Virus record (IMG/VR): IMGVR_UViG_3300010356_002077
DNA: 64,000 nucleotides
Strand: one strand, 5' to 3'
Origin: an uncultured virus (IMG/VR IMGVR_UViG_3300010356_002077)
Lineage: Duplodnaviria > Heunggongvirae > Uroviricota > Caudoviricetes
Within the stretch, counting starts at the first letter, position 1, and every line of letters starts with the position of its first letter. Position numbers and translations under genes: made by a program. Positions 56,605 to 64,000 of the stretch are shown here, piece by piece. The notes under the pieces are model-generated. The model was not told the DNA's origin. It saw only the letters and a list, made by a program, of their open reading frames with translations, and searched no databases.

Positions 56605-57390
56605 ATGTACGATATCCTTACAACCGCTCACGTGGCAGGGGCGACAGTCAACCCCTACCGTATCGTGAAAACCGACAGCAGCGGCGACATCATCCAGGCC
56701 GCCGCGGCCAGCGACCTTTTTGAGGGCGTCTCCAGCGCGAACCTTGAAAAAGGCAAGACCTACGCCGACGGCGAGAGGATCGAAGTCCACAGGATCGGCC
56801 TCGTCGACATCGAAGCCGGCGGGACAATCTCCAAGGGCGCCAGGCTCACCTCCGACACCGTCGGCAGGGCCGTCACCGCCAGCGCCGGGGACAATACCAT
56901 CGGCATCGCGCCCTGCGACGCCGTGGTTGGCGACATCATGGAGAACGTCCTCATCAACCTCAACCAGGAGCAGAAGGACACCAACCTCTACACGGCGGAA
57001 GTGACGGTCTCCACTGCCGAACTGCTCGCCCTCAACGCGACCCCCAAGCCCCTCGTCGCCGCTCCCGGAACCGGGAAGGCGATCGTCGTCGAGGACGTCG
57101 AGCTCTTCCTCGATTATGCAGGCACCGCTTATGACGGCATTGCCTCGGGCGAGGACCTTGAAGTCCGATACACAGACGGCTCGGGCCAGCTCGTCAGCAC
57201 AATCGAGACGACCGGCTTCCTCGATGCCACGGCGGACGCCGTGCGCTTTTCCAAACCGGCGACAACCGCCGCGATCACGCCCGTCGCTAACGCCGCGATC
57301 GTCCTCAGGCTTGCCTCGGGAGAGATTGCCACCGGCACCTCGCCGCTCAAGGTCAGGGTCACTTACAAGATCATCGACATGTCCTGGTAA
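56605..57390 (+). CDS. Capsid decoration protein (DUF2190-like) with C-terminal extension
   Basis: PYRIVK, EAGGTI..GARLTSD..GRAV; position before the capsid gene. Confidence 0.65.
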   Translation: MYDILTTAHVAGATVNPYRIVKTDSSGDIIQAAAASDLFEGVSSANLEKGKTYADGERIEVHRIGLVDIEAGGTISKGARLTSDTVGRAVTASAGDNTIGIAPCDAVVGDIMENVLINLNQEQKDTNLYTAEVTVSTAELLALNATPKPLVAAPGTGKAIVVEDVELFLDYAGTAYDGIASGEDLEVRYTDGSGQLVSTIETTGFLDATADAVRFSKPATTAAITPVANAAIVLRLASGEIATGTSPLKVRVTYKIIDMSW

Positions 57391-57408
57391 GCAGGACCTT
57401 TGAAAACA

Positions 57409-57430
57409 GCCGCCCTCGAAAGGGGGCGGC
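57409..57430. other. GC-rich hairpin upstream of the capsid gene
   Basis: GCCGCCCTC-GAAA-GGGGGCGGC; no U-tract on the + strand. Confidence 0.45.
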
Positions 57431-57453
57431 ATCTCTGAGAAAGGAGAAAGGAA

Positions 57454-58407
57454 ATGTCAGGACAGAATGCAAACTTCACAGTCGACCCCAAGCTGGTGGC
57501 CGTCGCGCTGGCCTACAAGAACCAGGCCATGATCGCCGACGAAGTCCTTCCCAGGATGGACGTCGGCGCTTCGGAATTCAAATACCCGTCCTACGACCTG
57601 GACAAAGGGTTCACGGTCGTCAAGGACGATGTGGGCAGGACAAGCCCCCCCAACGAACTAACCTGGAGATCCACCCAGGTCACCGGGTCCCTTCTGGACC
57701 ACGGCCTGATCCATAAGATCCCCGAAAGGGACTACACCAACCTGCCCGAGGGGAGGACCAAGGACTCCCTCAACGCCGAGGCGGTCGAAGCCCTTCAGGA
57801 CCAAATCCTGCTCAACAGGGAGGTCCGTGCCGCGGCAATCGTGTTCGCAACAACCAGCTATGCTTCGGGGCACTCGACGACCCTCAGCGGTACTAACCAG
57901 TGGAGCCACGCCAGCTCCAACCCGATCACGGCCATATCGGCGGCCATGGACGCAGGCATCATGCCCTACAACGTCCTGGTGCTCGGCCAGGAAGTCGCGA
58001 CCAAGCTCCGCCAGAACCCTGTCATCGTAAAGGCGTTCAACGGCAGCACCGGAGATTCCGGGATTGTCCCCCTCGATTTCATCAGGAACCTTTTCGGCCT
58101 CGAAAAGATCCTCGTGGGACAGGGATGGGTCAATACCGCCAAGAAGGGCCAGACGCCGACCTATTCCCGCGCGTGGGGCAAGGGCGCGGCGCTCCTCCAT
58201 GTCCCCGCCGTGGTCCAGTCCGTCAATGTGATGAACTTCAGACCCATCTTCGGGTTCAGTCCCCACAATGGCCAGAAGTTCGTCGGCTCCGCCTTCGACA
58301 AGGACATCGGCCTCAGGGGCGGCACCGAGATCCGCGTGGGCGAGGAGATCAACGAGTACGTGGTAGCCAATGCCCTCGGCTATTACTGGGACGCGGCGAT
58401 AGCCTGA
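57454..58407 (+). CDS. Major capsid protein
   Basis: DPKLVAVALAYKN..IADEVLP, REVRAA, LSGTNQWS..SNPI. Confidence 0.85.
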   Translation: MSGQNANFTVDPKLVAVALAYKNQAMIADEVLPRMDVGASEFKYPSYDLDKGFTVVKDDVGRTSPPNELTWRSTQVTGSLLDHGLIHKIPERDYTNLPEGRTKDSLNAEAVEALQDQILLNREVRAAAIVFATTSYASGHSTTLSGTNQWSHASSNPITAISAAMDAGIMPYNVLVLGQEVATKLRQNPVIVKAFNGSTGDSGIVPLDFIRNLFGLEKILVGQGWVNTAKKGQTPTYSRAWGKGAALLHVPAVVQSVNVMNFRPIFGFSPHNGQKFVGSAFDKDIGLRGGTEIRVGEEINEYVVANALGYYWDAAIA

Positions 58408-58829
58408 TGAGCTACACCACTCTGAACGCCTTCAAGTCGAAGTTCGGCGAGTCGGAGTTGATCCAACTGACCGACAGGGACGGGAAGGGTGTGTACGACG
58501 AGGAAGTATTCGACGCGGCAAACGCAGAAACAGATGCCGAGATCGACGCCTCCCTTTCGCCGATATACACCCTCCCGCTCTCTTCGGTTCCCGTGTTCCT
58601 GACGTCGATTGCGAACGACTTGACCCGGGAAAAGCTCTACACAAACAATGTCCCCGAATCTGTCCAGAAGAAGGGCGAAGTTGCCCGGAAAAACCTCGGC
58701 CTGATCCGCGACGGCAAGATGAGCCTCGGCCTCCCCACGGCGAGCGAGCCGGCTTCAAACGACCTGCCCTCTTTCGACGGTCCCGACAGCCGTGAATGGG
58801 ATGCCGACACCCTTGGGGATTTCAAATGA
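58407..58829 (+). CDS. Mu gp36-like head-tail adaptor (DUF1320)
   Basis: MSY..FGESELIQLTD, EIDA.L..YTLPL, GKMSLG. Confidence 0.85.
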   Translation: MSYTTLNAFKSKFGESELIQLTDRDGKGVYDEEVFDAANAETDAEIDASLSPIYTLPLSSVPVFLTSIANDLTREKLYTNNVPESVQKKGEVARKNLGLIRDGKMSLGLPTASEPASNDLPSFDGPDSREWDADTLGDFK

Positions 58830-59269
58830 CCGAACAGACTTTCAATGACGAATTCTTTGCGGCAGAAGAATTGATAGTGGACAAGATCAAAGAGATCACA
58901 GAATTTATAAGGGTGGCATCCGTATCCAACCTGGGCGATGTGAAGGACAACCAGCAGCAGGTCCCGGCCTGTTATGTGATGTACGCGGGCGAGGATGTGG
59001 GAGAGTCCGTCAAGCAGGCCGCGACACCGCAAAGGACCGTCCAGAAGTGGTATGTCATCGTCGCGGTCCGCAACGTCGACCAGCAGGATAAAAAGGCCTC
59101 CAGGAGCGCGGCAAGCCCGCTCGTTTCCCTCCTCCTGGCCAAGCTGGCCGGATACAAGCCCTTCACCAACTGCAAGCCCCTGGCGCGCCGCACGGCTCCC
59201 GTGCCGGCCTACCTGAACGGCTTCGCCTATTTTCCGTTCCGTTATGACCTGGAGGTGATAACCCCATGA
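58826..59269 (+). CDS. Mu gp37-like tail terminator
   Basis: Gene order; QKWYVIVAVRN. Confidence 0.65.
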   Translation: MTEQTFNDEFFAAEELIVDKIKEITEFIRVASVSNLGDVKDNQQQVPACYVMYAGEDVGESVKQAATPQRTVQKWYVIVAVRNVDQQDKKASRSAASPLVSLLLAKLAGYKPFTNCKPLARRTAPVPAYLNGFAYFPFRYDLEVITP

Positions 59270-59463
59270 AAATGATAGAAGTGACGCTATTGAAAGAGCA
59301 CACTCACGCCGGGATCAAGAAGCATCCCGGCGCGGTGATCGAAGTAGAGGAATGGCTCGCCGACTGGCTGATAAAGCAGGGCGCGGCCGAGATATACGAA
59401 GCCCCGAAGAAAACCCCGAAAAACGAAAAAGAGCCTGCCAAGGGCGGACCGAAAGGAGAATAG
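59266..59463 (+). CDS. Small virion-associated protein
   Basis: LLKEHTHAG...ADWLI..G. Confidence 0.55.
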   Translation: MKMIEVTLLKEHTHAGIKKHPGAVIEVEEWLADWLIKQGAAEIYEAPKKTPKNEKEPAKGGPKGE

Positions 59464-59466
59464 AAA

Positions 59467-60225
59467 ATGGCTTACTTTGTGGGACAAGGGAAAGTATACG
59501 CGGCCAAGCGGAACACCGACGGCAGCCCGAAGGCTTTCAGGTACCTGCTGAACTGTTCGAAGTTAAACTTCAACATGAAAACGTCGAGGATAGACCACCA
59601 GGAATCCAACACCGGCCAGCGCGGCACGGATGCCACCGTGGTCACCGGCAAGGAAATCAGCGGAACCCTGACCGTTGATAACTGGACGGCGGACAACCTG
59701 GCATTCGTTCTATACGGCAAGACAGCCACCGTCACCGGAAGCACGGTGTCGGCGGAAACCCTGCCAAGCGGCCTCGTCGTCGGGGATTTCGTCAGGCTCG
59801 ACAATCCGATGCTGACGAACGTGGTGATCACCGATTCGACGGGAACGCCGAAGACGCTCACCGCCGACACAAACTATAAGCTCAACGCCGATCACGGGTC
59901 CATCGAGATCCTCGACCTGACGACCGGCGGCGCGTTCACCCAGCCCCTCAAGGCGGCCTATACCTACGCGTCAAGGGTGGATGTCGCGGCATTCAACGAC
60001 ATTCCCGAGGACCTGTGGCTCAGGTTCGAAGGTCTGAATATGGCCGACGAAGGCAATCCTGTCCTGATCGAAGCGTTCAAGTGCCAGATCGATCCCGCCA
60101 AGATCCTTGAAGCAATCGGCGAAAAGTTCTCCGAATTCGAGCTCGACATGAAGGTTCTCAAGGACGACCTCCGGGACGAAGACGATGACCTCGGGCAGTA
60201 CTTCAGAGTGACGCCGCTGACATGA
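59467..60225 (+). CDS. Major tail tube protein
   Basis: YFVGQGKV, HQES.TGQR, LRFEGLN.A. Confidence 0.8.
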   Translation: MAYFVGQGKVYAAKRNTDGSPKAFRYLLNCSKLNFNMKTSRIDHQESNTGQRGTDATVVTGKEISGTLTVDNWTADNLAFVLYGKTATVTGSTVSAETLPSGLVVGDFVRLDNPMLTNVVITDSTGTPKTLTADTNYKLNADHGSIEILDLTTGGAFTQPLKAAYTYASRVDVAAFNDIPEDLWLRFEGLNMADEGNPVLIEAFKCQIDPAKILEAIGEKFSEFELDMKVLKDDLRDEDDDLGQYFRVTPLT

Positions 60226-60632
60226 CGGACGACCTGAAAACCCTGTTCCCGGATCCCATTATGGTGGACATTGGAGGCGAACGGCTTGAAATACGGCCGT
60301 TCGCTTCCGGCATATTGCTGAAGAAGGTCCTTCCGCTGATGAAGGGACTCGACCTTACTTCTTTCGTCTTCGGGGAAAAGCCCTCGGAAGAAGTCATTAC
60401 CAATCTGGTAATGGAAAACGGCGACACCGCCATAAAATTGGCGGTGTATGGTTCCGGGAAGGACGAGGCCTGGGTTGATGCCCTCCCGCCAGGTCTGCTT
60501 GTCAGATTGCTCGGCGCGATCATCAAGGCAAACATTGATTTTTTCGTCCGGGAAGTCCTGCCCGAACTGGGCGGGGCGGTAAAAAGCCTGAAGGAAAGTA
60601 TCCGGATTATGGCGAGATCTTCGGAAGGCTGA
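60222..60632 (+). CDS. Tail assembly chaperone (G-like)
   Basis: Between tube and TMP; ANIDFF motif. Confidence 0.75.
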   Translation: MTDDLKTLFPDPIMVDIGGERLEIRPFASGILLKKVLPLMKGLDLTSFVFGEKPSEEVITNLVMENGDTAIKLAVYGSGKDEAWVDALPPGLLVRLLGAIIKANIDFFVREVLPELGGAVKSLKESIRIMARSSEG

Positions 60633-60832
60633 TCGACCATGGCCACCGTTACCCTGACTTCCTTGAGACTTACACCCTCGCCCAGATCAAGCTCTTCTAC
60701 CGGCAGGCGGTTGCCTCGGACCTTGAAAGCCAGCTTCGAATGGCTGAGGTCTCGGGTATCGAGTGGGCCCCCAAGGAAGAACGCAGGAAGCTCCTCCGTG
60801 GGCTCAGGAAGGCGATAGACGATGGCCGGTGA
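60539..60832 (+). CDS. -1 frameshift extension of the chaperone (GT-like)
   Basis: T TTT TTC at 60539; the -1 frame is open to TGA 60832 and encodes LIDHGH...YTLAQI. Confidence 0.65.
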   Translation, partial: FFRPGSPARTGRGGKKPEGKYPDYGEIFGRLIDHGHRYPDFLETYTLAQIKLFYRQAVASDLESQLRMAEVSGIEWAPKEERRKLLRGLRKAIDDGR

Positions 60833-63497
60833 CATGAACCTCAAGCTGTCGATCGAGGCCGCTTTCAAGGGCGTCCAAGAGATCAAGGACGGCGCCAAGG
60901 AAATCGACAACCTGGTCAAAAAGGCGTCTCAGACCGTCCCGCAGGGATCGATCCTTTCGGGCGGCGCCATCGGCCAGGTCAAGCAGGAGTTTGGCGAACT
61001 TGGTAAAGAGCTTCAGTCTCTCGTCGGCAGGCTCGACCCTCTCACCAAGCACTTCGCGGATTTCGACCGCGAGCTGGGCGTCCTCAGGCAGGGCATGAAG
61101 GACGGGGCGCTCTCGCACAAGGACTACAACCAGCTCGTCGAGCGCCTGGGCAACGAATACCAGAAGATGGAACCCAAGGCGCGCGCCGCCAGCGAAGCCC
61201 TCGCGGATGTCAACAAGAACGCCGCCGGGGGCGGGACAAGCCTTAAGGATCTCGGCCGGGATCTCGGGATCCTCGGCGGGGAGATCGCTGTTCTTTACAA
61301 GCTGTTCGATTTCGCGAAAGACTCCGGGAAAGAGTTCGCGAACAAGGAACGGCTTCTCAACCAGATCGGCACGACAGCGGCAAGGATGGGTCAAAGCTCG
61401 CAGGATGCAGCCGAAAAGGCCGAAATGCTTGAACAGGCCCTCGGCAAGGTGGGAATTACGGGGGACCAAACCCTGGGCGTATTTCAGGAAATGCTTCTCA
61501 TCACCAAGGACACCGAACAGGCCTATTCCGCGGCAAGCCTGGCTGCTGATATTAGCGCCGGGTCTACCAAGTCCCTGTCGGAAGCGTCTCAGATCCTCAA
61601 GATGGCCCTCGCCGGGGATGAACGCGGATTAAAGCCTGCCATGAAAGAGCTGGGCATTGAAGCCAACACCACGGAAGAGGCCCTGAAGAAACTGGAAGCA
61701 CAATTCCGGGGACAGGCATCAGCTCTCCATGACACCAAAAGCGCCTATGCCGGGGCGGCCGAGGAGTGGAGACAGTTTAAGGAAGAAGTCGGAGCGGGCA
61801 CGGGGCCGTTCTTTGCCACGATTGCGCAGACGGTAGTCGGCTGGGTGCGGCGGATAGCCAATGCATTCGCGGATATCCTGGCCATGGCGATCGAGGCTAG
61901 TAGGAATATCGTCCAGCTGGCAGCGGCAACGATTCAAGGCTTCTGGAACGGACTAAAAACGGGGGATTTCTCGGGATCGTTCAAAAGCTCTTTCTCGTCT
62001 GCATTCGACAATATTGGGGACGAGTGGGGCGCCCTTCTGGACAACATGCAGGAAAAGTGGAACGGCGCGATGGGCCCGGACAAGCCGAAGGAAATTCTGC
62101 CCCCGCGCGATATTGCCGCCGCCAAGAAAAATATAGATGAGTTGATGAATTCCGTTTCCGGGAAAAATGTCAGTTACGGGAAATTGCAGGAAGTCTTATC
62201 AACCCTTACCGCCTTGCGCGATAAGGCCGGAGAGGGAACGAAGATTTATGATCTCTATAATGAAGCCATAGAAAAAGTCGGCGAGCGCTTCGAAAAGCTG
62301 AATGAGAAAATCCAGGCAAAAGCGGAAAAGATAAAACAGGAGATCCTTGACCTCCGGCAGCAGCTCGCCATGCTGGGAATGTCTGATGCCGATAAGGCAG
62401 CCTCCGGGATAGCCGGCATGGGTGGAAGCGCGCAACAGCAGGACGAAGCCCGCGAATTGGTGAAGGCGATCGAGGCCAAGAAGGAACACCTCCGGGTGAC
62501 TCAGGAGATGATTCCCCAGCTCGAGCTGGAGATCGCCACATTCAGGATGTCGGCGATCGAGAAGGCAATTTATATCGAGAGGACAAAAGGCGCGACAGAG
62601 GCCGATCTAGCTCTCCTCAGGGTCCAGCTGGAAAAGAAACAGGCGCTCGAGACGGCCGCAGCGGAAGAAAAAAAGGCCGCAGCCGCCGCAAAACAGCACG
62701 ACGCGGAGCTGGATAAGCAGGCGGAGACGCTCCGGAACAGCCTCGACCCGATGAGGCAGTACAACAAACAGCTCTCCCTGTTCGACGAACTGCTGAAAGC
62801 CGGGAAAATCTCCTCGGCGGAGTGGACGGCCGCGGTCGGAAACATTCGCGGACAGATGAAAAAACTGGCGCAGGAAAGCAATCTCGCGTTCCAGGAAATG
62901 AGAAAACTTGGGCAGGGCGTGGCACAACAACTGCAATCTGCATTTGCACAATTTCTGTTCGACCCTTTCAGCTCAAACCTCAAGGACATGCTGAGAAACT
63001 TTATAGACACGATCCGTCAAATGATCGCTGAGGCCCTGGCGTTCGCGGCGATTCAGGCCGCACTGAAAGCTATGTTTCCGGAAGGTTCCGCGGGGGCGGG
63101 CGGTGGCTTTATGACAGGGTTCCTACAGGCTTTCAATCTACATTCCGGCGGGGTTGTCGGGCAGGGCGGCACCGAGAGGCTCGCCTCGATCTTTGCCTTT
63201 GCGGATCCAGTGCGCCTTCACAACGGCGGGGCGCTTTTCGGCCTCGACCGCGACGAGGTCCCGGCGATCCTCCTGACCGGTGAGGAAGTGCTCTCCCGGA
63301 CGGATCCCCGGAATGTGCTCAACGGGGGCAGGAATGCCGGCGGCGGCAATAACGGCTCCGGCGGTGGGACCACCCGTGTCATCAACATCTTCGACAAGGA
63401 CATTGTCGAGGACTACATGGGCTCCGAAAAGGGCGAAAAAATCATCATCAATACGATCAGCAAGAAACGGGACACGATCAAACAGTTAATAAGGTAG
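60822..63497 (+). CDS. Tape measure protein
   Basis: 891-aa helical protein; HSGGVVG...DEVPAIL..GEEVL C-terminus. Confidence 0.9.
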   Translation: MAGDMNLKLSIEAAFKGVQEIKDGAKEIDNLVKKASQTVPQGSILSGGAIGQVKQEFGELGKELQSLVGRLDPLTKHFADFDRELGVLRQGMKDGALSHKDYNQLVERLGNEYQKMEPKARAASEALADVNKNAAGGGTSLKDLGRDLGILGGEIAVLYKLFDFAKDSGKEFANKERLLNQIGTTAARMGQSSQDAAEKAEMLEQALGKVGITGDQTLGVFQEMLLITKDTEQAYSAASLAADISAGSTKSLSEASQILKMALAGDERGLKPAMKELGIEANTTEEALKKLEAQFRGQASALHDTKSAYAGAAEEWRQFKEEVGAGTGPFFATIAQTVVGWVRRIANAFADILAMAIEASRNIVQLAAATIQGFWNGLKTGDFSGSFKSSFSSAFDNIGDEWGALLDNMQEKWNGAMGPDKPKEILPPRDIAAAKKNIDELMNSVSGKNVSYGKLQEVLSTLTALRDKAGEGTKIYDLYNEAIEKVGERFEKLNEKIQAKAEKIKQEILDLRQQLAMLGMSDADKAASGIAGMGGSAQQQDEARELVKAIEAKKEHLRVTQEMIPQLELEIATFRMSAIEKAIYIERTKGATEADLALLRVQLEKKQALETAAAEEKKAAAAAKQHDAELDKQAETLRNSLDPMRQYNKQLSLFDELLKAGKISSAEWTAAVGNIRGQMKKLAQESNLAFQEMRKLGQGVAQQLQSAFAQFLFDPFSSNLKDMLRNFIDTIRQMIAEALAFAAIQAALKAMFPEGSAGAGGGFMTGFLQAFNLHSGGVVGQGGTERLASIFAFADPVRLHNGGALFGLDRDEVPAILLTGEEVLSRTDPRNVLNGGRNAGGGNNGSGGGTTRVINIFDKDIVEDYMGSEKGEKIIINTISKKRDTIKQLIR

Positions 63498-63503
63498 GGC
63501 GAC

Positions 63504-64000
63504 ATGGCAGTAGAAACCGGAACCGCCACAAGCTATACGGACCTCCTGGCAAAGCTCAAGACCTTCCTGACGGGGCTCGCATCGAACCCTTGGGTGGCGC
63601 TGAAGGATGCCGACGGCGAACTGATCCTCCAGGGAGAAGGGCTTGCCGGCCTCGATGAGATATTCGTCGGGATCAAGACCTACTATGACGCCCCCGGGGA
63701 CTACTACAACTGGCGGCTTCAGGGGTACACGGGTTACAGTGCCGGTTTGACATTCGACACCCAGCCCGGGGCCATCACCACCGAGGTGTCACAGAACTAT
63801 TGCCCGAGACTGTGTCTCTGGAACAGCTCCATCCCCTACTGGTTCATCGCCAACGGCCGAAGGTTCATCGTCATCGCGAAGGTGTCGACCGTCTACCAGG
63901 TCCTTTACATGGGTTTCATCCGGGCCTATGCCACCCCCGGACAGTATCCCTATCCCCTCGCGATCGGAGGGTCGTCCAATGCCCAATCAGGGAATCGGTG
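63504..64000 (+). CDS. Virion tail protein (3' truncated)
   Basis: Open frame MAVETGTATSYTDLLAKL... to the window end, directly after TMP. Confidence 0.65.
   Translation, partial: MAVETGTATSYTDLLAKLKTFLTGLASNPWVALKDADGELILQGEGLAGLDEIFVGIKTYYDAPGDYYNWRLQGYTGYSAGLTFDTQPGAITTEVSQNYCPRLCLWNSSIPYWFIANGRRFIVIAKVSTVYQVLYMGFIRAYATPGQYPYPLAIGGSSNAQSGNR

Larger units (their letters stand above)
1..64000 (+). mobile_element. Mu/D3112-like transposable siphophage (partial), interrupted at ~1008-44443 by a second phage
   Basis: Mu-like gene order: MuB-like ATPase, gam, gp16, Mor, lysis, gp25-29, F, G, I, capsid, gp36/37, tail tube, TAC, TMP. GC-rich codon usage at 1-1000 and 45150-64000. Confidence 0.9.

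Overview
The window contains only phage DNA; no host genes are recognisable. It reads as two different tailed phages nested in one another. (A) A GC-rich transposable Mu/D3112-like siphophage occupies 1-~1007 and ~44444-64000. It carries a MuB-like ATPase, gam, gemA/gp16, Mor/C, a lysis cassette, Mu gp25-gp29, F, G, I, capsid, tail tube, a frameshifted chaperone and a tape measure protein. (B) An apparently complete 42,646-bp unrelated siphophage genome lies between two identical ~790-bp direct repeats (1008-1797 and 43654-44443). These repeats are the central part of a signal-peptide-bearing, tail-fibre-like gene shared by both phages. Phage B encodes a primase-helicase, a UDG-PolA fusion, a Sak4/SSB/exonuclease/RuvC module, an SNF2 helicase and a 7-deazaguanine DNA-modification pathway (FolE, QueD, QueE, QueC, plus a TGT-fold DpdA-like protein fused to a DUF3310/T7 gp1.7-like domain). 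It also has an atypical Dam-like methyltransferase (DPPY replaced by DFAW), a 2.1-kb repeat-packed control region between twin divergent promoters, and a head-tail operon. No integrase was recognised in phage B, so the nesting is either homologous recombination through the shared gene or an assembly loop artefact. Both phages also share a homologous outer-membrane beta-barrel plus permuted papain-like gene pair in their lysis cassettes, where no spanins are recognisable. All functional calls come from manual motif recognition and gene order; no database searches were run.
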